Source: Candidatus Thorarchaeota archaeon (GTDB taxonomy: Archaea; Asgardarchaeota; Thorarchaeia; Thorarchaeales; Thorarchaeaceae). From it: a stretch of 29,978 nucleotides of DNA. This document shows, in pieces, positions 1-9,326 of this stretch. The DNA lies in the NCBI GenBank assembly GCA_016840855.1, contig JAEORO010000216.1, positions 1-29,978 of the forward strand. The letters are read 5' to 3'. The first letter of the stretch is position 1, and every line of letters starts with the position of its first letter. The translations under genes were made by a program, and so were the position numbers. The notes under the pieces were generated by a model, which had not been told where the DNA came from, ran no database searches, and saw only the letters and a list, made by a program, of their open reading frames with translations.

Positions 1-96
1 ACAATCCACAGCTTTCTCGTATTCAGTGCATCCATTCTCGTGTTGGAAAATTATGGTTTCGTCTTTTTCCGGGTCTTTCCCCTTTTCAAATAACAC
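1..96 (-). CDS. possible 5' end of a hypothetical protein running off the left window edge
   Basis: GTG at 96-94 opens a stop-free frame to position 1 (MLFEKGKDPEKDETIIFQHENGCTEYEKAVDC...), divergent from eS26. Too short to confirm. Confidence 0.3.
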   Translation of the reverse strand, partial: MLFEKGKDPEKDETIIFQHENGCTEYEKAVDC

Positions 97-240
97 TCTA
101 TGATATAAGTATGAATGTCGCGACTTTTTACTACAGAAAGGATCGTTACTGCGTTGCAGAATTGTAACTAATCCACAAGGCTTTAAACTAATATGCTGCA
201 AAACATCGCGGCCTTAAACCAAGGTGGAATATTTTTTCGA

Positions 241-525
241 TTGGCAAAGAAAAGAAAATCATCGGGTCGAGCAAAAGGAGGAGCTGGTCACAAAGGCAGC
301 GTTCAATGCTCGAGATGTGGACGACTAGTCCCAGCAGACAAAGCTAAGAAATACACGAAAAATGTTAGCTCGGTAGAACCCCAGATTGCACGTGAACTCC
401 GACAAAGCGGAGCATATATTCCAGTCCACAGAGTAACATCATACTACTGTGTTAGCTGTGCTGTGCATTCAGGAAAAGTTCACATCCGAGATGTACGAGC
501 GAGAAAATCATCAGTTGCTCGCTAG
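241..525 (+). CDS. rps26e: 30S ribosomal protein S26e (eS26)
   Basis: MAKKRKSSGR N-terminus, zinc ligands C-x2-C (VQCSRCGRLVPADKA) and YCVSCAVHS, basic C-terminus. Start moved from the listed 193 to TTG 241, which gives the typical eS26 N-terminus. Confidence 0.93.
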   Translation: MAKKRKSSGRAKGGAGHKGSVQCSRCGRLVPADKAKKYTKNVSSVEPQIARELRQSGAYIPVHRVTSYYCVSCAVHSGKVHIRDVRARKSSVAR

Positions 526-619
526 GACATTCAAAGGATGAGCTTTGCATCCCAGTGTAACATCATAGGACAAATCACTTGATTAGTGGATACGCCAAAT
601 CCCTAGTTTTCTAGTCCAA

Positions 620-1066
620 CTATACATAACTGCTCTCATCAGGACCTTTGCCAACCATCTGTTCTAATATACCATCATAGTCAGCATAAGATCTCAGTCC
701 AGGTATTTGGCCAAGGGGTTTTCCATCTTTAAAGGCGATGACCATGGGAACGGATTGCACTCCAAATTGAGTAGTTGCTCGTCTATTTCTATCAATGTCA
801 ATCTTTGCAAAGAACACTTTTCCTTCATAGTCTCTGGCTAATTCTGAAAAAATAGGAGCAAGAACCTTGCACGGACTGCACCACTCTCCAAAGAAATCAA
901 CGAAAGCAAGTTTTGTCTTTTGAATAGTCTGCCAAAAATTATCATCCGTCAAGAGATTAACTCGACCATTTGCCATAGGTTCCATGACTTTTGGTTGTTG
1001 AGCTCGTTCCATTAGAATCTGCATTTTCCTCCGGCGTATTTCTTCAAGCTCATCATCATTCAGCAC
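620..1066 (-). CDS. trxA: thioredoxin with N-terminal DDELEEIRRRKM extension
   Basis: VDFFGEWCSPCK active site and GVQSVP cis-Pro motif. The likely start is GTG 1066, preceded by AGAGGTG; the listed start is 1147. Confidence 0.9.
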   Translation of the reverse strand: MLNDDELEEIRRRKMQILMERAQQPKVMEPMANGRVNLLTDDNFWQTIQKTKLAFVDFFGEWCSPCKVLAPIFSELARDYEGKVFFAKIDIDRNRRATTQFGVQSVPMVIAFKDGKPLGQIPGLRSYADYDGILEQMVGKGPDESSYV

Positions 1067-1203
1067 ATGAACACCTCTTTCGGATGTGCATAAATCTTGC
1101 ACAACCGTATATGAATTCTTCGATTGGGCGATGATGACTTCCAACATTTTACTTATTCAGGTCTGTTTATATTCTGCTCTGCAAACGCTGAGCAAAGACG
1201 CAA

Positions 1204-2139
1204 ATGATGCCTGTTGAATCAAAGAAAAGCTCTCCCAGATATTATGTCATGCTTGTAATTGCTATGGCTTTCTGGGGTGGTAGTTGGCCTTCAGCTAAGA
1301 TTCTCGTAGGGATCGCTCCTCCAATGACAATTGGTTTCTTTAGATTCTTCACAGCGAGTGTTTTGTTCCTCATCCTTCTATACGCAACCGAGCCTCAGCC
1401 AAGACGAATTTTTAAAATGACGAATCTCAAAATTTTATTCTTTGTGGGATTGACTGGGGTTTTTGGCTATGGTGTTCTCTTTCTCACTGGGATGCGTTTT
1501 ACGACTGCAACACAAGGAGCCATAATTGCAGGTTTTAATCCCGCCACAGTGAGTCTTGTTGCACACCTGTATCACAAAGAACGTCTCCCACAAAAGTGGC
1601 AATACATTGGTTTTCTACTAGCTTTCCTAGGCGTGATCTTTGTCGTTGGAGTTCAAGCACTTCTTGAATTTAACTTTGAATATTTAATTGGTAACTTGAT
1701 TATCCTCGTGGCTATGTTCACATGGGGCCTCTATTCCTCTATTGGCAAGCAAGCTATGAAAACGTTATCTCCCCTTGAGGTCACAACAGGAGGATCTATT
1801 GTTGGAACATTTCTATTTGGGATGGGTGCTTTAACAGAGGAAGTCTGGGCACTTCCAGCAATGGTTGACTCAGTGTTTTGGCTCAATGTGCTTTACCTGG
1901 GAACTTGCGTTACTTTCATCGGCTTCTTATTCTATTTCATTAGTATCAACGAGCTCGGTGCGACACGATCCGGAGGATTCATCAATCTTGTACCTGTTTT
2001 TGGTACTATCTTCTCTTTTCTCATCTTGCATGAAGAAATATTTTGGACATATGGGATTGGTTTGTTGCTCGTCATAGTTGGAATCGTTGTCATCAATCTA
2101 CCGAATTCTAGGAAAACAGCTATTGCGGAACAAAGATAA
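1204..2139 (+). CDS. DMT/EamA family transporter
   Basis: About 10 hydrophobic segments in two repeats, with FWGGSW, PMTIGFFRF and NLVPVFG motifs. Confidence 0.9.
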   Translation: MMPVESKKSSPRYYVMLVIAMAFWGGSWPSAKILVGIAPPMTIGFFRFFTASVLFLILLYATEPQPRRIFKMTNLKILFFVGLTGVFGYGVLFLTGMRFTTATQGAIIAGFNPATVSLVAHLYHKERLPQKWQYIGFLLAFLGVIFVVGVQALLEFNFEYLIGNLIILVAMFTWGLYSSIGKQAMKTLSPLEVTTGGSIVGTFLFGMGALTEEVWALPAMVDSVFWLNVLYLGTCVTFIGFLFYFISINELGATRSGGFINLVPVFGTIFSFLILHEEIFWTYGIGLLLVIVGIVVINLPNSRKTAIAEQR

Positions 2140-2191
2140 TGGTGTTGAATTCAACAGAAGATGGATTTTGAATCCTAATAGGGTGTGATGT

Positions 2192-3706
2192 ATGGAAACT
2201 TACAATAGATTGATGACAAAATCAAAAGACCTCATTCTTCTCAAAACTGCATTAAGTCTTGTAAGATGGGATTATGAAACATATATGCCTCCGAAAGGAT
2301 TGATGTTAAGGAGTGAACAACTGTCTGTTCTGCAAAAACTTGTTCATCGAATGACTACCAATCCTGAGATTGGGAAACTACTTGATGAATTAGAAAGCAC
2401 TTCATCGAAGCTAAATGAAGTTCAAAATCGGAATGTCTTCTTAATACGTCGTGAATTTAACAAAGAAACCAGCGTTCCTGAAGACCTTGCCGCTAAAATT
2501 GCCAAGCAGCAACCAATCAGTGTAACATCTTGGAAGAAAGCAAAGGCTGCTAGCGACTGGAAAATTTTCGAGCCAGATCTACAGAAGACAGTTGATTTAG
2601 CCAGACAACGCGCTGAGTTTGAAATGAAAGCGAAAGAGATTCCAATTCTTTATGATAACATGCTAGATGAGTTCGAGAGAGGTATAACAGCTTCGGAAAT
2701 AGCCAAAGTTTTTGGAGAATTGAGGGATAAATTAGTACCCTTGACTAGGAAATACGCAGAAGTTTCCAATGATTTCGATTCTACATTCCTAAGCAAGAAA
2801 GTACCAATAGATATTCAGAGAAAAATTGCCACAGACTTAGCAACTTTGGTAGGCTATGATACTGTAACCGACCAAGCTGGTGGCCGGATAGATGAAGTAG
2901 AGCATCCCTTTACTTCCGGATATTATGATGATGTCCGAATTACGGTGAAATATCATGAAAATAATGTGTCCTCTGCAATATACGCTATTCTTCATGAAGC
3001 TGGTCATGCGCTTTATGAACAGAATTTGAACCCTGATTGGAAGTTTCAAAGAATAGGTTGGTTCACATCATATGGCATTCATGAATCCCAATCCAGATTT
3101 GTCGAAAACATGATAGGCCGATCGCCAGAGTTTCTAAGTTTCTATCTACCAAGACTTAGGGAGATTACTGGCGGTTCATTTCCAAGAGTTGATGATGACA
3201 CATTCATTAAAGCTATGAATTTAGTTGAACCGACTCTCATTCGTATAGAAGCTGATGAAGTGACATATTCACTGCATATCATTATACGGTTTGAGATTGA
3301 GAGAGACCTATTCTCGGACAAGATTAGCATTGATGAGCTACCTCAAGTCTGGAATGAGAAATATAGCGAATACCTTGGAATTGATGTTCCTAGCGATGCG
3401 AGTGGTGCTCTTCAAGACACACACTGGGCAAGTGGATATTTTGGTTATTTCCCCAGTTATGCGCTTGGTAACATATACGATGGAATGTTACTCGAAAAAA
3501 TGCAACAAGACATACCCTATTGGTTGAGTGGTGTATCAAAAGGAGAAATTTTACCTGTTATAGATTGGATGAAAAATAATGTTCATCTAAAATCAGACCT
3601 TTACAATCCTGCGGACCTGATTGAAAAAGTAACGGGCAAGAAAATGACTGCTAAACCATACCTTGATTATCTAGAAAAGAAATATACGACGATATTTGGA
3701 TTCTGA
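2192..3706 (+). CDS. metallocarboxypeptidase, family M32
   Basis: HPF, DVRIT, HEAGH (HEXXH), HESQS, IRIEADE, DTHW and GYFPSYALG motifs; 504 aa. Confidence 0.95.
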   Translation: METYNRLMTKSKDLILLKTALSLVRWDYETYMPPKGLMLRSEQLSVLQKLVHRMTTNPEIGKLLDELESTSSKLNEVQNRNVFLIRREFNKETSVPEDLAAKIAKQQPISVTSWKKAKAASDWKIFEPDLQKTVDLARQRAEFEMKAKEIPILYDNMLDEFERGITASEIAKVFGELRDKLVPLTRKYAEVSNDFDSTFLSKKVPIDIQRKIATDLATLVGYDTVTDQAGGRIDEVEHPFTSGYYDDVRITVKYHENNVSSAIYAILHEAGHALYEQNLNPDWKFQRIGWFTSYGIHESQSRFVENMIGRSPEFLSFYLPRLREITGGSFPRVDDDTFIKAMNLVEPTLIRIEADEVTYSLHIIIRFEIERDLFSDKISIDELPQVWNEKYSEYLGIDVPSDASGALQDTHWASGYFGYFPSYALGNIYDGMLLEKMQQDIPYWLSGVSKGEILPVIDWMKNNVHLKSDLYNPADLIEKVTGKKMTAKPYLDYLEKKYTTIFGF

Positions 3707-3714
3707 TAAATAAC

Positions 3715-3748
3715 GGCGTTCAAAAACAGAACGCCATTCCTTTTTTTT
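3715..3748 (+). terminator. hairpin plus oligo-T terminator after the M32 gene
   Basis: GGCGTTC (3715-3721), a 7-nt loop, GAACGCC (3729-3735), then T8 at 3741-3748, just after the stop codon. Confidence 0.7.
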
Positions 3749-3802
3749 GCTAAGAGTTATCTTTGTTCATGAGGAGAATAATAACGAGGGTATCAAAGAG
3801 AA

Positions 3803-4318
3803 ATGACCTCTGATTCTTGGGATAATCCTGGATCCTACAATTACTGGCGACCTTTATTGGCAATAATTAATTTTGGTAGCTTATTGTTCTATGGTGCTGG
3901 ATTAATGAGACCTACAGCAGAACTATGGGACTATATTTTTGTAGCAATTGGCTGCTATTTTACTTTGAAATTTGGTCGATATATGTCCAGAGCGCACCAA
4001 TTTAAACAAACACGAATGCAACCTGGTGATATGGATGAATTTCCTAGCAAGGGAATCTATTCGAAAATTAGACAGCCAATATCCGCAGCGCTCATCTACA
4101 TGAATCTAGCATATGCTTGTTTCTATAGGTCATTTGGCTTAATTCCAGCTGTCGCGATATTCGTAGCTTTTTGGTACATGTTAGCGCGGTATGAAGATGG
4201 CAAGATGCTGAATAAGTTTGGTGATGAATACAAAGAATACATGAAATACACAGCGATGCTACGTGGCGGTTCTGATGAACAGCAAAGATTAGCATCATCT
4301 GGATATGATATGTATTAA
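3803..4318 (+). CDS. ICMT/PEMT-like membrane methyltransferase-family protein, divergent
   Basis: About 4 TM segments. GIYSKIRQP matches family GxYxxxRHP, and YEDGKMLNKFGDEYKEY matches EExxLxxxFGxxYxxY. Confidence 0.7.
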   Translation: MTSDSWDNPGSYNYWRPLLAIINFGSLLFYGAGLMRPTAELWDYIFVAIGCYFTLKFGRYMSRAHQFKQTRMQPGDMDEFPSKGIYSKIRQPISAALIYMNLAYACFYRSFGLIPAVAIFVAFWYMLARYEDGKMLNKFGDEYKEYMKYTAMLRGGSDEQQRLASSGYDMY

Positions 4319-4325
4319 ATTATCT

Positions 4326-5093
4326 TTACCCTACAATCTCAGGTTGGGGTAAAGTTACCTTCGAAACTTCATACGAAGCACTTAGAAATTCAACATGACC
4401 CCCGATTTTCGCAATGTCACCACCACGATCCTGAAGGTGAAATTGAGCAATTTCAGTTCCTCCAGGACTAATTGTTCCTAAGCGTTGCATTCTAAATGAA
4501 CTAGTTGACGTGTTTATATCTGCAGGCAAATCGATGTCTACAACGACCATGTCAATCTGATGACTACTCCCATTGTGTACTGAAACATCTAGGATTAACT
4601 CCTCCTTGACGCGTTTAATAGATGATTGGACTTTTACTCCACTTTTGTCAATAACCTCCTGTTGACGTTCTCTTTCTTGTTCAACCTTTGTTTTCGTTAC
4701 TCGTTGTCTTTCGTCAGATAACCTTTGAGATCGTGTCTGTGAAGGTCGTGACACAGGTTGACTTTTTAGGGATCTAGATTGATTTCCCATAATTAAGCTC
4801 AAGAAACCTGGAGCTTCATAGATTACAAAAACCAAACCTGCAATAATCATTGTAGTCCATATTACTGTAAACATGAATTGAGATCTAAAGATAGGATTCT
4901 CAAAGGTTCTGAATAACGGTTCAAAGAAACCTCTCACTATGGGTCCAAGGATTGGACCCAGCATATCCTCCAATTCCTGCCAAAACAATATGCCAAACTT
5001 ATTGATTGGTTGTTCGCCAAATGAAAGAACTATCGAATTCAGAACTATGAGCGTTTTAATGCCTCCAACCATGATTCCCGCAGTGCTCTGCAA
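4326..5093 (-). CDS. membrane-anchored hypothetical protein with charged linker and C-terminal Ig-like (appendage-like) domain
   Basis: N-terminal hydrophobic segments, a TM (FMFTVIWTTMIIAGLVFVIY), a Q/R/E-rich linker and a beta-rich ~105-aa C-terminus. Start is TTG 5093 or ATG 5072. Confidence 0.65.
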   Translation of the reverse strand: MQSTAGIMVGGIKTLIVLNSIVLSFGEQPINKFGILFWQELEDMLGPILGPIVRGFFEPLFRTFENPIFRSQFMFTVIWTTMIIAGLVFVIYEAPGFLSLIMGNQSRSLKSQPVSRPSQTRSQRLSDERQRVTKTKVEQERERQQEVIDKSGVKVQSSIKRVKEELILDVSVHNGSSHQIDMVVVDIDLPADINTSTSSFRMQRLGTISPGGTEIAQFHLQDRGGDIAKIGGHVEFLSASYEVSKVTLPQPEIVG

Positions 5094-5149
5094 GACTACG
5101 TATCTCTGTTAGGATATAATCCTGAAGCGTTATTAATCTTGCAACAGAA

Positions 5150-5938
5150 TTATGATGGAAGTATGAATTTACTTTTTAAAATGCTATCTTGGGAACAAGC
5201 CTTAATGCATTTCCCACAAACATCTTTCTCAATTCCTTTTGTTTTTAAAAACAAAATGTATCGCCTGCAGTTTTCTCGATAGTCAGGTAATTTTTCTCTA
5301 TTCTTTATGAAACTGCATGCTTCTTCACAGGCATTGCAAGAGCCACATTTTGATGCATACTTCTTCCCCCAAATCAAGGGGTATGGGATAATTATTGAAG
5401 CAAATCTAATAGCGCAACTGAATTTCTCATGGATTGTGAGCTGATTTTTCCCTCTCCAGCCTATTCCAGAATTTTCTGCAACAACTCGGTGTGAAATTAC
5501 CATCCTAAAATAATCAGTAACATCACTAACCTTGTCTATAGTACCACCAATGGTTGCAGTCAAGGGAATCCCATTGAATTGGTCAGCTATGTTTTTTGAC
5601 ATTCTATTGAGTGTTTGATTGAGTCGATTGTATTCGTGTGCATACCTATTCCATAGTTTATAATCAGGCAATCCTTTCTGTCGGGAGTCAATATAATCCA
5701 AAACTGATCCTCGATAGGCTATCCCGATGCAGACTATTGATCCTTCTTTCATGAATGAGTCGAATTTGTTACCAGTGAGCTCTCTAAGTTTTTCCTGCTG
5801 AACAGGCATCAATTCATCGAACACAGCCTTGAAACTACCAAAACCAATATCTCCTTGCTCATTCTCGGATTCTAACAGATGAAAAAAATAACCTCTGATT
5901 TCCTCAGAATATTTCGACGCTGTGCTTTGACTCTTCAT
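5150..5938 (-). CDS. QueG/reductive-dehalogenase-like iron-sulfur protein
   Basis: SHRVVAENSGIGWRGKN motif, followed by CGSCNACEEAC...C...CGKCIKAC (eight Cys, consistent with two [4Fe-4S] clusters). Confidence 0.8.
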   Translation of the reverse strand: MKSQSTASKYSEEIRGYFFHLLESENEQGDIGFGSFKAVFDELMPVQQEKLRELTGNKFDSFMKEGSIVCIGIAYRGSVLDYIDSRQKGLPDYKLWNRYAHEYNRLNQTLNRMSKNIADQFNGIPLTATIGGTIDKVSDVTDYFRMVISHRVVAENSGIGWRGKNQLTIHEKFSCAIRFASIIIPYPLIWGKKYASKCGSCNACEEACSFIKNREKLPDYRENCRRYILFLKTKGIEKDVCGKCIKACSQDSILKSKFILPS

Positions 5939-6082
5939 TAGGATTCAACCTACTCTAATTTCTAAATTATCTCATCTTTATGTTCTTATTGAGCTGAATT
6001 AATAGTTCCACAAAAGTAATTACTGACATAGTCCATGCACAATTTGGGATGTAAGAGCAATAAAGCTCGGGAGTACGTAAGC

Positions 6083-7594
6083 ATGGAGTTATACGAAAGA
6101 CTATTGGAGAAGACACGTGAGATTCTTCAATTCTATACTTCGGTCGCTATAATTCGATGGGACCTTCAGACATATATGCCTCCAAAAGGAATTGCACAAC
6201 GATCTGAGCAGCTAGCACTCATGAGCAAAATTCAACATCGCATGGCAAATGACTCTGAACTTGATCATATCCTCACTAAACTTGAGAACAATCTTGATTC
6301 ATTGGACAGAATTCAAAAACGAGAAGTTGAGCTCGCTAGACGGGAGTATGACCGCTACTCAGAAATTCCTGAAGACTTGGTTTCTCAGTATTCTACTCAA
6401 AAAACCTTAGCCACAATCGCGTGGAAAAGAGCGAAGGACACCAATGACTGGAATTTATTTGAATCAGAATTGATATCACTTCTCGAAACATCGAAACAAG
6501 TTGCAGATAAAATCATGGAATCTATCGGAGCAAAGTGTCAGCTCGATGCCCTAATGGACCATTGGGAACCAAGAATGACTACACGTTCTGTATCCAAAGT
6601 CTTCAAGGAACTGAGGAAACAGCTACCTCCGCTTGTTGAAAAATATAGTATTGCCTGTGAGAGCGTGTCAAATGATATCAGGAAACGTAAGGTGCCAATT
6701 GATATTCAAAAACAAGTAGTGACCGATCTAGTTTCTGTGATAGGGTACGACACTACTTCAGAAAATGCTGGAGGTAGAATTGATGAATCCGACCACCCTT
6801 TTACATTAGGGTATTATGATGATGTTCGAATTACAACCCATTATCAAAGTGATGATGTCTTAAGAGCAATTTTCGGTTGCCTACATGAAACTGGTCATGC
6901 ACTCATTAACCAAAATCAAAACAAAGACTGGAAATGGATGCATCTTGGAGAACGATGTAGTTCTGGCTTTAGTGAGTCACAAAGTAGATTCGTTGAGAAT
7001 ATGATTGGGAGGTCTCCAGAGTTTTGGCAGTTCTACTACCCAAGATTCATTGATAGAACAAAGAAAATTTACAAAGATGTCAGGTACCAAGATTGGTTAC
7101 AAGTGATAAATATCGTAGAGCCTTCAAAAATACGTGTTCTGGCTGATGAATTGACCTATGCTCTTCATATCATTATTCGTTTTGAAATTGAACAAGAATT
7201 GTTTGAAGACAAGATGGATGTATCTGAAATCCCCGAGGTTTGGAATCAAAAGTATTCTGAATATCTAGGAGTTGAAATCGAGTCAGATTCAGAAGGAGCT
7301 TTACAAGATGTTCATTGGGCTTGGGCTTATTGGGGCTATTTTCCTACATATACCCTTGGAAATATGTATGCTGCAATGATAGGTGAAAAAATAACGAATG
7401 ATGTCCCTGAATGGAGAGATAATCTTGCAGTTGGAAACATAGCTTGTACTATACAATGGTTAATTGATAATGTCCACAAGAAATCAAAAATGTATGACCC
7501 TGCTGAAATGATTAAGAAAATTACTGGAAAACCGTTAACAGCTGACCCACTTATCAAGTATTTTGATGAGAAATACTCGGCTCTATTTTGTTGA
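6083..7594 (+). CDS. metallocarboxypeptidase, family M32 (second paralog)
   Basis: HPF, DVRIT, HETGH, SESQS, IRVLADE, DVHW and GYFPTY motifs. ATG 6083 (MELYERLL) aligns with the start of the first paralog; the listed start is 6035. Confidence 0.93.
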   Translation: MELYERLLEKTREILQFYTSVAIIRWDLQTYMPPKGIAQRSEQLALMSKIQHRMANDSELDHILTKLENNLDSLDRIQKREVELARREYDRYSEIPEDLVSQYSTQKTLATIAWKRAKDTNDWNLFESELISLLETSKQVADKIMESIGAKCQLDALMDHWEPRMTTRSVSKVFKELRKQLPPLVEKYSIACESVSNDIRKRKVPIDIQKQVVTDLVSVIGYDTTSENAGGRIDESDHPFTLGYYDDVRITTHYQSDDVLRAIFGCLHETGHALINQNQNKDWKWMHLGERCSSGFSESQSRFVENMIGRSPEFWQFYYPRFIDRTKKIYKDVRYQDWLQVINIVEPSKIRVLADELTYALHIIIRFEIEQELFEDKMDVSEIPEVWNQKYSEYLGVEIESDSEGALQDVHWAWAYWGYFPTYTLGNMYAAMIGEKITNDVPEWRDNLAVGNIACTIQWLIDNVHKKSKMYDPAEMIKKITGKPLTADPLIKYFDEKYSALFC

Positions 7595-7661
7595 TTGCAA
7601 TGAAGATAAACCAAAAAGATGATGTGTAATATCTACTCATTCAGCATGACAGTGATAACCA

Positions 7662-8543
7662 ATGCTCAGGTATGAAGGTAGCATTTGGAGACCTCCAAGT
7701 GAAGCCAGGAGTCTAATTCTCCAAGCCACAGTTGGCTGCTCTCACAATGCCTGTATTTTTTGTGTTTCATATAAGAAGAAGAAATACAGAGTGCGAGGAG
7801 CTGCAGGTATTAAGTCAGATTTAGACTTGCTCCCTTCAGATTACAAAAGAAGGATTGATCGTGTTTTTCTAGCAGATGGAAATGCCTTGGCTATGTCAAC
7901 AAATGATCTCATACGAACTCTAGATGTTTTGAAAGCAGAACTGCCATACTTAGAACGAGTGGGTATCTATGGTTATGCTAAAGATGTTCGTGAAAAAACT
8001 GTAGATGATTTGAAACGAATCAATGATGCTGGTCTTGGAATTGTGTATCTAGGTTTGGAAACTGGTGATGATAGCTTGTTACGATGGTGTCAGAAGGGAG
8101 TGAACTCAGAGGAAAATATCGCTGCATGCAAGAAGATTCGTGCAGCAGGTATACCATTGTCAATTACAATAATACTTGGACTTGGTGGTCTTGAAAACTC
8201 TAAACGGCACGCAGGAGCCACAGTTGCAGCTTTAAACAAAATAGATCCTGAATACATCGGAGCTCTTACACTGATGACTCCTTCCGGCACTAGGATAAGT
8301 GAGATGATTCAAAATGGAGAGTTTGAGCCCATGGACCCTTGGGATGTTCTCAAAGAGCTGAAGATGATGGTAGAAGGTTTCAATCTGACGAATTGTGTGT
8401 TTAGGACAAACCATGCATCAAACTATCTGCCAATTAAAGGTACATTGAATGAAGATAGAGAGGTAATATTGCGACTCTTGACTGATATTATTGATAGTGA
8501 TGATAGTGATAGTCTAAGACCTGCTTATTTGCGGGGTCTTTGA
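7662..8543 (+). CDS. radical SAM protein
   Basis: CSHNACIFC (CX3CX2C), plus RPPSEA, FLADGNAL, YLGLETG and FRTNHASNYL motifs of a conserved ~290-aa subfamily of unknown function. Confidence 0.9.
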   Translation: MLRYEGSIWRPPSEARSLILQATVGCSHNACIFCVSYKKKKYRVRGAAGIKSDLDLLPSDYKRRIDRVFLADGNALAMSTNDLIRTLDVLKAELPYLERVGIYGYAKDVREKTVDDLKRINDAGLGIVYLGLETGDDSLLRWCQKGVNSEENIAACKKIRAAGIPLSITIILGLGGLENSKRHAGATVAALNKIDPEYIGALTLMTPSGTRISEMIQNGEFEPMDPWDVLKELKMMVEGFNLTNCVFRTNHASNYLPIKGTLNEDREVILRLLTDIIDSDDSDSLRPAYLRGL

Positions 8544-8589
8544 TTTTGAATAAGAAAAGACATCGGATGGATGACTTTTTCATTCTCCA

Positions 8590-8994
8590 TTACTCTCCGG
8601 GAACTATCAGAACCTGCCCAAGTAGGTCCCCTTTAAGGACAAATGCCTTGATTCTTGATTGAAACACGGACATGTCAGCAGTTCTATCCTCATCCGGTCG
8701 CTTGAACTCTTGTGTCCCTATGCAAGAAAGATGTCCCATACCATTAACACCGTAATAAGACTGAACAACAATAGAATTAGCGGGAATCTTAATTGGCTTG
8801 ATAGCCACAAATTGGGATTCACCCACCAAGAATGCTACTTTCTCATTTGCTATAACCGGAACAAGTCGTACCCTTGACCAGTCTAGTGATACTGTTTTCT
8901 CCTCCATCCCGTCAACTGCTGTTCTCAACCGATCCATTCCTAAGCTCAGTAGATCTTGGCTACAACTTATAACATAGATTTTTTCAGACATCAT
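8590..8994 (-). CDS. DUF22-like archaeal protein
   Basis: IKPIKIPANSIV...GH...KGDLLG pattern recalled from archaeal DUF22 proteins. Last gene of the dsrEFH-like run. Confidence 0.55.
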   Translation of the reverse strand: MMSEKIYVISCSQDLLSLGMDRLRTAVDGMEEKTVSLDWSRVRLVPVIANEKVAFLVGESQFVAIKPIKIPANSIVVQSYYGVNGMGHLSCIGTQEFKRPDEDRTADMSVFQSRIKAFVLKGDLLGQVLIVPGE

Positions 8995-9013
8995 TATTCA
9001 CCTACACATTTTA

Positions 9014-9313
9014 TTACAAAGAGATGATTTTATCGTATTTCTCCATAAGAATGTCCACAATCTCAGGATAATCTACTTGATGTACATCCGCAACCAATCG
9101 AGAGCCAATCCCACGTTCTTCAATATGATGCTTTGAAGCATGAACAGTTACTTTTAGTTCTTCAATCTCGGCTGAATATGGACAACCTTTGTCAGCGAAA
9201 TATACTCCATCTTGAACTAATAATAGATCAATTTCAATACCCTGTGATTTCAAAGCATTGACTATTTCTTTAATGCTTGTGCAATGATTTGAAAGCCAAA
9301 TTATGTACTTCAA
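9014..9313 (-). CDS. DsrH/TusB-like sulfur relay protein
   Basis: LLLVQDGVY, EERGI and VDYPEIVDIL motifs; 99 aa; TTG start with GGAGG upstream. Confidence 0.8.
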   Translation of the reverse strand: MKYIIWLSNHCTSIKEIVNALKSQGIEIDLLLVQDGVYFADKGCPYSAEIEELKVTVHASKHHIEERGIGSRLVADVHQVDYPEIVDILMEKYDKIISL

Positions 9314-9326
9314 CTCTATTTCCTCC

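Noticed and set aside
1019-1066. PDCD5-like DDELEEIRRRKM segment on thioredoxin as a novel fusion
   Set aside because: This short N-terminal helix is common on archaeal thioredoxins, and no full PDCD5 domain is present.
7589-7603. TGT-TGA at the end of the second M32 gene as a possible Cys-Sec motif
   Set aside because: The stop aligns with the end of the first paralog, a second TGA follows two codons later, and M32 peptidases are not known selenoproteins.
8556-8580. Imperfect hairpin between the convergent radical SAM and DUF22-like genes
   Set aside because: The stem is short, mismatched and AT-rich, too weak to call a terminator.
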